Assembly: GCA_964016885.1 (NCBI GenBank)
Contig: OZ024740.1
Coordinates: forward strand, 12,772,001 to 12,836,000
Source of the DNA: Eledone cirrhosa
Taxonomy: Eukaryota
Length of the DNA stretch: 64,000 bases
Reading direction: 5' to 3'
Shown: piece by piece, positions 1 to 12,000 of the stretch
Position numbering within the stretch: position 1 is the stretch's first letter
How the letters are laid out: each line of letters starts with the position of its first letter
Position numbers and translations under genes: made by a program
The notes under the pieces: generated by a model
The model's database searches: none
Told to the model about the DNA's origin: nothing
Seen by the model: the letters and a program-made list of their open reading frames with translations, nothing else

Positions 1-3000
1 GTCTAATATCTTGTCTCTAGTCTAATATCTTGTCTCTAGTCTAATGTCTCTAGTCTAATGTCTTGTTTCTAGTCTAATGTCTCTAGTCTAATGTCTTGTC
101 TCTAGACTAATATCTTGTCTCTAGTCTAATGTCTTGTCTCTAGTCTAATGTCTCTAGTCTAATGTCTTGTCTCTCGTCTAATATCTTGTCTCTAGTCTAA
201 TGTCTTCTCTCTAGTCTAATGTCTCTAGTCTAACGTCTTGTCTCTAGTCTAATATCTTGTCTGTAGTCTAATGTCTCTAGTCTAACGTCTTGTCTCTAGT
301 CTAATGTCTCTGGTCTAATGTCTCTAGTCTAATGTCTTGTCTCTAGTCTAATATCTTGTCTCTAGTCTAATGTCTTGTCTCTAGTCTAATGTCTCTAGTC
401 TAATGTCTTGTTTCTAGTCTAATGTCTCTAGTGTAATGTCTTGTCTCTAGTCTAATATCTTGTCTCTAGTCTAACGTCTTGTCTCTAGTCTAATGTCTCT
501 AGTCTAATATCTTGTCTCTAGTCTAATGTCTCTAGTCTAATATCTTGTCACTAGTCTAATGTCTCTAGTCTAATATCTTGTCTCTAGTCTAACGTCTTGT
601 CTCTAGTCTAATGTCTCTTCTAATATCTTGTCTCTAGTCTAATGTCTCTAGTCTAATATCTTGTCACTAGTCTAATGTCTCTAGTCTAATGTCTTGTCTC
701 TAGTCTAATGTCTTGTCTCTAGTATAATGTCTCTAGTCTAATGTCTTGTCTCTAGTCTAATGTCTCTAGTCTAATGTCTTGTCTCTAGTCTAATATCTTG
801 TCTCTAGTCTAATGTCTCTAGTCTAATGTCTTGTCTCTAGTCTAATATCTTGTCTCTAGTCTAATGTCTCTAGTCTAATGTCTCTAGTCTAATGTCTTGT
901 CTCTAGTCTAATATCTTGTCTCGAGTCTAATATCTCTAGTCTAATGTCTTGTCTCTAGTCTAATGTCTCTAGTCTAATGTCTTGTCTCTAGTCTAATATC
1001 TTGTCTCTAGTCTAATGTCTTGTCTCTATTCTAATGTCTCTAGTCTAATGTCTTGTTTCTAGTCTAATGTCTCTAGTCTAATGTCTTGTCTCTAGTCTAA
1101 TATCTTGTCTCTAGTCTAATGTCTCTAGTCTAATGTCTTGTCTCTAATCTAATGTCTCTAGTCTATTGTCTTGTCTCTAGTCTAATATCTTGTCTCTAGT
1201 CTAATGTCTTGTTTCTAGTCTAATGTCTCTAGTCTAATGTCTTGTCTCTAGTCTAACGTCTTGTCTCTAGTCTAATGTCTCTAGTTTAATGTCTTGTCTC
1301 TAGTCTAATGTCTTGTCTCTAGTCTAACGTCTTGTCTCTAGTCTAATGTCTCTAGTCTAATATCTTGTCTCTAGTCTAATGTCTCTAGTCTAATATCTTG
1401 TCACTAGTCCAATGTCTCTAGTCTAATATATTGTCTCTAGTCTAACGTCTTGTCTCTAGTCTAATGTCTCTAGTCTAATATCTTGTCTCTAGTCTAATGT
1501 CTCTAGTCTAAAATCTTGTCACTAGTCTAATGTCTCTAGTCTAATGTCTTGTCTCTAGTCTAATGTCTTGTCTCTAGTCTAATGTCTTGTCTCTAGTCTA
1601 ATGTCTCTAGTCTAATGTCTTGTCTCTAGTCTAATATCTTGTCTCTAGTCTAATGTCTTGTCTCTAGTCTAATGTCTCTAGTCTAATGTCTTGTTTCTAG
1701 TCTAATGTCTCTAGTCTAATGTCTTGTCTCTAGTCTAATATCTTGTCCCTTGTCTAATGTCTCTAGTCTAATGTCTTGTCTCTAGTCTAATGTCTCTAGT
1801 CTAATGTCTTGTCTCTAGTCTAATATCTTGTCTCTAGTCTAATGTCTCTAGTCTAATGTCTTGTCTCTAGTCTAATATCTTGTCTCTAGTCTAATGTCTC
1901 TAGTCTAATGTCTTGTCTCTAGTCTAATGTCTCTAGTCTAATGTCTTGTCTCTAGTCTAATGTCTCTAGTCTAATGTCTTGTCTCTAGTCTAATATCTTG
2001 TCTCTAGTCTAATGTCTCTAGTCTAATGTCTCTAGTCTAATGCCTTATCTCTAGTCTAATATCTTGTCTCTAGTCTAATGTCTCTAGTCTAATGTCTTGT
2101 CTCTAGTCTAATGTCTCTAGTCTAATGTCTTGTCTCTAGTCTAATGTCTCTAGTCTAATGTCTTGTCTCTAGTCTAATATCTTGTCTCTAGTCTAATGTC
2201 TCTAGTCTAATGTCTTGTCTCTAGTCTAATATCTTGTCTCTAGTCTAATGTCTCTAGTCTAATGTCTTGTCTCTAGTCTAATATCTTGTCTCTAGTCTAA
2301 TGTCTCTAGTCTAATGTCTTGTCTCTAGTCTAATGTCTTGTCTCTAGTCTAATGTCTTGTCTCTAGTCTAATGTCTCTAGTCTAATGTCTTGTCTCTAGT
2401 CTAACGTCTTGTCTCTAGTCTAATGTCTCTGGTCTAATGTCTCTAGTGTAATGTCTTGTCTCTAGTCTAATGTCTTGTCTCTAATCTAATGTCTTGTCTC
2501 TAGTCTAATGTCTCTAGTCTAATGTCTTGTCTCTAGTCTAATATCTTGTCTCTAGTCTAATGTCTTGTCTCTAGTCTAATGTCTCTAGTCTAATGTCTTG
2601 TCTCTAGTCTAATATCTTGTCACTAGTCTAATGTCTTTTCTCTAGTCTAATGTCTCTAGTCTAATGTCTTGTCTCTAGTCTAACGTCTTGTCTCTAGTCT
2701 AATGTCTCTAGTGTAATGTCTTGTCTCTAGTCTAATGTCTTGTCTCTAGTCTAACGTCTTGTCTCTAGTCTAATGTCTCTAGTCTAATATCTTGTCTCTA
2801 GTCTAATGACTCTAGTCTAATATCTTGTCACTAGTCTAATGTCTCTAGTCTAATATCTTGTCTCTAGTCTAACGTCTTGTCTCTAGTCTAATGTCTCTTC
2901 TAATATCTTGTCTCTAGTCTAATGTCTCTAGTCTAATATCTTGTCACTAGTCTAATGTCTCTAGTCTAATGTCTTGTCTCTAGTCTAATGTCTTGTCTCT

Positions 3001-6000
3001 AGTATAATGTCTCTAGTCTAATGTCTTGTCTCTAGTCTAATATCTTGTCTCTAGTCTAATATCTTGTCTCTAGTCTAATGTCTCTAGTCTAATGTCTTGT
3101 TTCTAGTCTAATGTCTCTAGTCTAATGTCTTGTCACTAGTCTAATATCTTGTCTCTAGTCTAATGTCTTGTCTCTAGTCTAATGTCTCTAGTCTAATGTC
3201 TTGTCTCTCGTCTAATATCTTGACTCTAGTCTAATGTCTTCTCTCTAGTCTAATGTCTCTAGTATAATGTCTTGTTTCTAGTCTAATGTCTCTAGTCTAA
3301 TGTCTTGTCTCTAGTCTCATATCTTGTCTCTAGTCTAATGTCTCTAGTCTAATGTCTTGTCTCTAGTCTAATGTCTCTAGTCTAATGTCTTGTCTCTAGT
3401 CTAATATCTTGTCTCTAGTCTAATGTCTCTAGTCTAATGTCTTGTCTCTAGTCTAATCTCTTGTCTCTAGTCTAATGTCTTGTCTCTAGTCTAATGTCTC
3501 TAGTCTAATATCTTGTCTCTAGTCTAATATCTTGTCTCTAGTCTAATGTCTTGTCTCTAGTCTAATGTCTCTAGTCTAATGTCTTGTTTCTAGTCTAATG
3601 TCTCTAGACTAATGTCTTGTCTCTAGTCTAATATCTTGTCTCTAGTCTACTGTCTCTAGTCTAATGTCTTGTCTCTAGTCTAATGTCTCTAGTCTAATGT
3701 CTTGTCTCTAGTCTAATATCTTGTCTCTAGTCTAATGTCTTGTCTCTAGTCTAATATCTTGTCTCTAGTCTAATGTCTCTAGTCTAATGTCTTATCTCTA
3801 GTCTAATGTCTCTAGTCTAATGTCTTGTCTCTAGTCTAATGTCTCTAGTCTAATGTCTTGTCTCTAGTCTAATATCTTGTCTCTAGTCTAATGTCTCTAG
3901 TCTAATGTCTTGTCTCTTGTCTAATATTTTGTCTCTAGTCTAATGTCTCTAGTCTAATGTCTTGTCTCTAGTCTAATGTCTCTAGTCTAATGTCTTGTCT
4001 CTAGTCTAATGTCTCTAGTCTAATGTCTTGTCTCTAGTCTAATATCTTGTCTCTAGTCTAATGTCTCTAGTCTAATGTCTTGTCTCTAGTCTAATGTCTT
4101 GTCTCTAGTCTAATATCTTGTCTCTAGTCTAATGTCTCTAGTCTAATGTCTTGTCTCTAGTCTAATATCTTGTCTCTAGTCTAATGTCTCTAGTCTAATG
4201 TCTTGTCTCTAGTCTAATATCTTGTCTCTAGTCTAATGTCTCTAGTCTAATGTCTTGTCTCTAGTCTAATGTCTTGTCTCTAGTCTAATGTCTTGTCTCT
4301 AGTCTAATGTCTCTAGTCTAATGTCTTGTCTCTAGTCTAACGTCTTGTCTCTAGTCTAATGTCTCTGGTCTAATGTCTCTAGTGTAATGTCTTGTCTCTA
4401 GTCTAATGTCTTGTCTCTAATCTAATGTCTTGTCTCTAGTCTAATGTCTCTAGTCTAATGTCTTGTCTCTAGTCTAATATCTTGTCTCTAGTCTAATGTC
4501 TTGTCTCTAGTCTAATGTCTCTAGTCTAATGTCTTGTTTCTAGTCTAATGTCTCTAGTCTAATGTCTTGTCTCTAGTCTAATATCTTGTCTCTAGTCTAA
4601 TGTCTTGTCTCTAGTCTAATGTCTCTAGTCTAATGTCTTGTCTCTAGTCTAACGTCTTGTCTCTAGTCTAATGTCTCTAGTGTAATGTCTTGTCTCTAGT
4701 CTAATGTCTTGTCTCTAGTCTAACGTCTTGTCTCTAGTCTAATGTCTCTAGTCTAATATCTTGTCTCTAGTCTAATGTCTCTAGTCTAATATCTTGTCAC
4801 TAGTCTAATGTCTCTAGTCTAATATCTTGTCTCTAGTCTAACGTCTTGTCTCTAGTCTAATGTCTCTTCTAATATCTTGTCTCTAGTCTAATGTCTCTAG
4901 TCTAATATCTTGTCACTAGTCTAATGTCTCTAGTCTAATGTCTTGTCTCTAGTCTAATGTCTTGTCTCTAGTATAATGTCTCTAGTCTAATGTCTTGTCT
5001 CTAGTCTAATATCTTGTCTCTAGTCTAATATCTTGTCTCTAGTCTAATGTCTCTAGTCTAATGTCTTGTTTCTAGTCTAATGTCTCTAGTCTAATGTCTT
5101 GTCTCTAGACTAATATCTTGTCTCTAGTCTAATGTCTTGTCTCTAGTCTAATGTCTCTAGTCTAATGTCTTGTCTCTCGTCTAATATCTTGTCTCTAGTC
5201 TAATGTCTTCTCTCTAGTCTAATGTCTCTAGTCTAACGTCTTGTCTCTAGTCTAATATCTTGTCTGTAGTCTAATGTCTCTAGTCTAACGTCTTGTCTCT
5301 AGTCTAATGTCTCTGGTCTAATGTCTCTAGTCTAATGTCTTGTCTCTAGTCTCATATCTTGTCTCTAGTCTAATGTCTCTAGTCTAATGTCTTGTCTCTA
5401 GTCTAATGTCTCTAGTCTAATGTCTTGTCTCTAGTCTAATATCTTGTCTCTAGTCTAATGTCTCTAGTCTAATGTCTTGTCTCTAGTCTAATCTCTTGTC
5501 TCTAGTCTAATGTCTCGTCTCTAGTCTAATGTCTCTAGTCTAATATCTTGTCTCTAGTCTAATATCTTGTCTCTAGTCTAATGTCTTGTCTCTAGTCTAA
5601 TGTCTCTAGTCTAATGTCTTGTTTCTAGTCTAATGTCTCTAGACTAATGTCTTGTCTCTAGTCTAATATCTTGTCTCTAGTCTACTGTCTCTAGTCTAAT
5701 GTCTTGTCTCTAGTCTAATGTCTCTAGTCTAATGTCTTGTCTCTAGTCTAATATCTTGTCTCTAGTCTAATGTCTTGTCTCTAGTCTAATATCTTGTCTC
5801 TAGTCTAATGTCTCTAGTCTAATGTCTTATCTCTAGTCTAATGTCTCTAGTCTAATGTCTTGTCTCTAGTCTGATGTCTCTAGTCTAATGTCTTGTCTTT
5901 AGTCTAATATCTTGTCTCTAGTCTAATGTCTCTAGTCTAATGTCTTGTCTCTTGTCTAATATTTTGTCTCTAGTCTAATGTCTCTAGTCTAATGTCTTGT

Positions 6001-9000
6001 CTCTAGTCTAATGTCTCTAGTCTAATGTCTTGTCTCTAGTCTAAAGTCTCTAGTCTAATGTCTTGTCTCTAGTCTAATATCTTGTCTCTAGTCTAATGTC
6101 TCTAGTCTAATGTCTTGTCTCTAGTCTAATGTCTTGTCTCTAGTCTAATATCTTGTCTCTAGTCTAATGTCTCTAGTCTAATGTCTTGTCTCTAGTCTAA
6201 TATCTTGTCTCTAGTCTAATGTCTCTAGTCTAATGTCTTGTCTCTAGTCTAATATCTTGTCTCTAGTCTAATGTCTCTAGTCTAATGTCTTGTCTCTAGT
6301 CTAATGTCTTGTCTCTAGTCTAATGTCTTGTCTCTAGTCTAATGTCTCTAGTCTAATGTCTTGTCTCTAGTCTAACGTCTTGTCTCTAGTCTAATGTCTC
6401 TGGTCTAATGTCTCTAGTGTAATGTCTTGTCTCTAGTCTAATGTCTTGTCTCTAATCTAATGTCTTGTCTCTAGTCTAATGTCTCTAGTCTAATGTCTTG
6501 TCTCTAGTCTAATATCTTGTCTCTAGTCTAATGTCTTGTCTCTAGTCTAATGTCTCTAGTCTAATGTCTTGTTTCTAGTCTAATGTCTCTAGTCTAATGT
6601 CTTGTCTCTAGTCTAATATCTTGTCTCTAGTCTAATGTCTTGTCTCTAGTCTAATGTCTCTAGTCTAATGTCTTGTCTCTAGTCTAACGTCTTGTCTCTA
6701 GTCTAATGTCTCTAGTGTAATGTCTTGTCTCTAGTCTAATGTCTTGTCTCTAGTCTAACGTCTTGTCTCTAGTCTAATGTCTCTAGTCTAATATCTTGTC
6801 TCTAGTCTAATGTCTCTAGTCTAATATCTTGTCACTAGTCTAATGTCTCTAGTCTAATATCTTGTCTCTAGTCTAACGTCTTGTCTCTAGTCTAATGTCT
6901 CTTCTAATATCTTGTCTCTAGTCTAATGTCTCTAGTCTAATATCTTGTCACTAGTCTAATGTCTCTAGTCTAATGTCTTGTCTCTAGTCTAATGTCTTGT
7001 CTCTAGTATAATGTCTCTAGTCTAATGTCTTGTCTCTAGTCTAATATCTTGTCTCTAGTCTAATATCTTGTCTCTAGTCTAATGTCTCTAGTCTAATGTC
7101 TTGTTTCTAGTCTAATGTCTCTAGTCTAATGTCTTGTCTCTAGACTAATATCTTGTCTCTAGTCTAATGTCTTGTCTCTAGTCTAATGTCTCTAGTCTAA
7201 TGTCTTGTCTCTCGTCTAATATCTTGTCTCTAGTCTAATGTCTTCTCTCTAGTCTAATGTCTCTAGTCTAACGTCTTGTCTCTAGTCTAATATCTTGTCT
7301 GTAGTCTAATGTCTCTAGTCTAACGTCTTGTCTCTAGTCTAATGTCTCTGGTCTAATGTCTCTAGTCTAATGTCTTGTCTCTAGTCTAATATCTTGTCTC
7401 TAGTCTAATGTCTTGTCTCTAGTCTAATGTCTCTAGTCTAATGTCTTGTTTCTAGTCTAATGTCTCTAGTGTAATGTCTTGTCTCTAGTCTAATATCTTG
7501 TCTCTAGTCTAACGTCTTGTCTCTAGTCTAATGTCTCTAGTCTAATATCTTGTCTCTAGTCTAATGTCTCTAGTCTAATATCTTGTCACTAGTCTAATGT
7601 CTCTAGTCTAATATCTTGTCTCTAGTCTAACGTCTTGTCTCTAGTCTAATGTCTCTTCTAATATCTTGTCTCTAGTCTAATGTCTCTAGTCTAATATCTT
7701 GTCACTAGTCTAATGTCTCTAGTCTAATGTCTTGTCTCTAGTCTAATGTCTTGTCTCTAGTATAATGTCTCTAGTCTAATGTCTTGTCTCTAGTCTAATG
7801 TCTCTAGTCTAATGTCTTGTCTCTAGTCTAATATCTTGTCTCTAGTCTAATGTCTCTAGTCTAATGTCTTGTCTCTAGTCTAATATCTTGTCTCTAGTCT
7901 AATGTCTCTAGTCTAATGTCTCTAGTCTAATGTCTTGTCTCTAGTCTAATATCTTGTCTCGAGTCTAATATCTCTAGTCTAATGTCTTGTCTCTAGTCTA
8001 ATGTCTCTAGTCTAATGTCTTGTCTCTAGTCTAATATCTTGTCTCTAGTCTAATGTCTTGTCTCTATTCTAATGTCTCTAGTCTAATGTCTTGTTTCTAG
8101 TCTAATGTCTCTAGTCTAATGTCTTGTCTCTAGTCTAATATCTTGTCTCTAGTCTAATGTCTCTAGTCTAATGTCTTGTCTCTAATCTAATGTCTCTAGT
8201 CTATTGTCTTGTCTCTAGTCTAATATCTTGTCTCTAGTCTAATGTCTTGTTTCTAGTCTAATGTCTCTAGTCTAATGTCTTGTCTCTAGTCTAACGTCTT
8301 GTCTCTAGTCTAATGTCTCTAGTTTAATGTCTTGTCTCTAGTCTAATGTCTTGTCTCTAGTCTAACGTCTTGTCTCTAGTCTAATGTCTCTAGTCTAATA
8401 TCTTGTCTCTAGTCTAATGTCTCTAGTCTAATATCTTGTCACTAGTCCAATGTCTCTAGTCTAATATATTGTCTCTAGTCTAACGTCTTGTCTCTAGTCT
8501 AATGTCTCTAGTCTAATATCTTGTCTCTAGTCTAATGTCTCTAGTCTAAAATCTTGTCACTAGTCTAATGTCTCTAGTCTAATGTCTTGTCTCTAGTCTA
8601 ATGTCTTGTCTCTAGTCTAATGTCTTGTCTCTAGTCTAATGTCTCTAGTCTAATGTCTTGTCTCTAGTCTAATATCTTGTCTCTAGTCTAATGTCTTGTC
8701 TCTAGTCTAATGTCTCTAGTCTAATGTCTTGTTTCTAGTCTAATGTCTCTAGTCTAATGTCTTGTCTCTAGTCTAATATCTTGTCCCTTGTCTAATGTCT
8801 CTAGTCTAATGTCTTGTCTCTAGTCTAATGTCTCTAGTCTAATGTCTTGTCTCTAGTCTAATATCTTGTCTCTAGTCTAATGTCTCTAGTCTAATGTCTT
8901 GTCTCTAGTCTAATATCTTGTCTCTAGTCTAATGTCTCTAGTCTAATGTCTTGTCTCTAGTCTAATGTCTCTAGTCTAATGTCTTGTCTCTAGTCTAATG

Positions 9001-12000
9001 TCTCTAGTCTAATGTCTTGTCTCTAGTCTAATATCTTGTCTCTAGTCTAATGTCTCTAGTCTAATGTCTCTAGTCTAATGCCTTATCTCTAGTCTAATAT
9101 CTTGTCTCTAGTCTAATGTCTCTAGTCTAATGTCTTGTCTCTAGTCTAATGTCTCTAGTCTAATGTCTTGTCTCTAGTCTAATGTCTCTAGTCTAATGTC
9201 TTGTCTCTAGTCTAATATCTTGTCTCTAGTCTAATGTCTCTAGTCTAATGTCTTGTCTCTAGTCTAATATCTTGTCTCTAGTCTAATGTCTCTAGTCTAA
9301 TGTCTTGTCTCTAGTCTAATATCTTGTCTCTAGTCTAATGTCTCTAGTCTAATGTCTTGTCTCTAGTCTAATGTCTTGTCTCTAGTCTAATGTCTTGTCT
9401 CTAGTCTAATGTCTCTAGTCTAATGTCTTGTCTCTAGTCTAACGTCTTGTCTCTAGTCTAATGTCTCTGGTCTAATGTCTCTAGTGTAATGTCTTGTCTC
9501 TAGTCTAATGTCTTGTCTCTAATCTAATGTCTTGTCTCTAGTATAATGTCTCTAGTCTAATGTCTTGTCTCTAGTCTAATATCTTGTCTCTAGTCTAATG
9601 TCTTGTCTCTAGTCTAATGTCTCTAGTCTAATGTCTTGTCTCTAGTCTAATATCTTGTCACTAGTCTAATGTCTTTTCTCTAGTCTAATGTCTCTAGTCT
9701 AATGTCTTGTCTCTAGTCTAACGTCTTGTCTCTAGTCTAATGTCTCTAGTGTAATGTCTTGTCTCTAGTCTAATGTCTTGTCTCTAGTCTAACGTCTTGT
9801 CTCTAGTCTAATGTCTCTAGTCTAATATCTTGTCTCTAGTCTAATGTCTCTAGTCTAATATCTTGTCACTAGTCTAATGTCTCTAGTCTAATATCTTGTC
9901 TCTAGTCTAACGTCTTGTCTCTAGTCTAATGTCTCTTCTAATATCTTGTCTCTAGTCTAATGTCTCTAGTCTAATATCTTGTCACTAGTCTAATGTCTCT
10001 AGTCTAATGTCTTGTCTCTAGTCTAATGTCTTGTCTCTAGTATAATGTCTCTAGTCTAATGTCTTGTCTCTAGTCTAATATCTTGTCTCTAGTCTAATAT
10101 CTTGTCTCTAGTCTAATGTCTCTAGTCTAATGTCTTGTTTCTAGTCTAATGTCTCTAGTCTAATGTCTTGTCACTAGTCTAATATCTTGTCTCTAGTCTA
10201 ATGTCTTGTCTCTAGTCTAATGTCTCTAGTCTAATGTCTTGTCTCTCGTCTAATATCTTGACTCTAGTCTAATGTCTTCTCTCTAGTCTAATGTCTCTAG
10301 TATAATGTCTTGTTTCTAGTCTAATGTCTCTAGTCTAATGTCTTGTCTCTAGTCTCATATCTTGTCTCTAGTCTAATGTCTCTAGTCTAATGTCTTGTCT
10401 CTAGTCTAATGTCTCTAGTCTAATGTCTTGTCTCTAGTCTAATATCTTGTCTCTAGTCTAATGTCTCTAGTCTAATGTCTTGTCTCTAGTCTAATCTCTT
10501 GTCTCTAGTCTAATGTCTTGTCTCTAGTCTAATGTCTCTAGTCTAATATCTTGTCTCTAGTCTAATATCTTGTCTCTAGTCTAATGTCTTGTCTCTAGTC
10601 TAATGTCTCTAGTCTAATGTCTTGTTTCTAGTCTAATGTCTCTAGACTAATGTCTTGTCTCTAGTCTAATATCTTGTCTCTAGTCTACTGTCTCTAGTCT
10701 AATGTCTTGTCTCTAGTCTAATGTCTCTAGTCTAATGTCTTGTCTCTAGTCTAATATCTTGTCTCTAGTCTAATGTCTTGTCTCTAGTCTAATATCTTGT
10801 CTCTAGTCTAATGTCTCTAGTCTAATGTCTTATCTCTAGTCTAATGTCTCTAGTCTAATGTCTTGTCTCTAGTCTAATGTCTCTAGTCTAATGTCTTGTC
10901 TCTAGTCTAATATCTTGTCTCTAGTCTAATGTCTCTAGTCTAATGTCTTGTCTCTTGTCTAATATTTTGTCTCTAGTCTAATGTCTCTAGTCTAATGTCT
11001 TGTCTCTAGTCTAATGTCTCTAGTCTAATGTCTTGTCTCTAGTCTAATGTCTCTAGTCTAATGTCTTGTCTCTAGTCTAATATCTTGTCTCTAGTCTAAT
11101 GTCTCTAGTCTAATGTCTTGTCTCTAGTCTAATGTCTTGTCTCTAGTCTAATATCTTGTCTCTAGTCTAATGTCTCTAGTCTAATGTCTTGTCTCTAGTC
11201 TAATATCTTGTCTCTAGTCTAATGTCTCTAGTCTAATGTCTTGTCTCTAGTCTAATATCTTGTCTCTAGTCTAATGTCTCTAGTCTAATGTCTTGTCTCT
11301 AGTCTAATGTCTTGTCTCTAGTCTAATGTCTTGTCTCTAGTCTAATGTCTTGTCTCTAGTCTAATGTCTCTAGTCTAATGTCTTGTCTCTAGTCTAACGT
11401 CTTGTCTCTAGTCTAATGTCTCTGGTCTAATGTCTCTAGTGTAATGTCTTGTCTCTAGTCTAATGTCTTGTCTCTAATCTAATGTCTTGTCTCTAGTCTA
11501 ATGTCTCTAGTCTAATGTCTTGTCTCTAGTCTAATATCTTGTCTCTAGTCTAATGTCTTGTCTCTAGTCTAATGTCTCTAGTCTAATGTCTTGTTTCTAG
11601 TCTAATGTCTCTAGTCTAATGTCTTGTCTCTAGTCTAATATCTTGTCTCTAGTCTAATGTCTTGTCTCTAGTCTAATGTCTCTAGTCTAATGTCTTGTCT
11701 CTAGTCTAACGTCTTGTCTCTAGTCTAATGTCTCTAGTGTAATGTCTTGTCTCTAGTCTAATGTCTTGTCTCTAGTCTAACGTCTTGTCTCTAGTCTAAT
11801 GTCTCTAGTCTAATATCTTGTCTCTAGTCTAATGTCTCTAGTCTAATATCTTGTCACTAGTCTAATGTCTCTAGTCTAATATCTTGTCTCTAGTCTAACG
11901 TCTTGTCTCTAGTCTAATGTCTCTTCTAATATCTTGTCTCTAGTCTAATGTCTCTAGTCTAATATCTTGTCACTAGTCTAATGTCTCTAGTCTAATGTCT

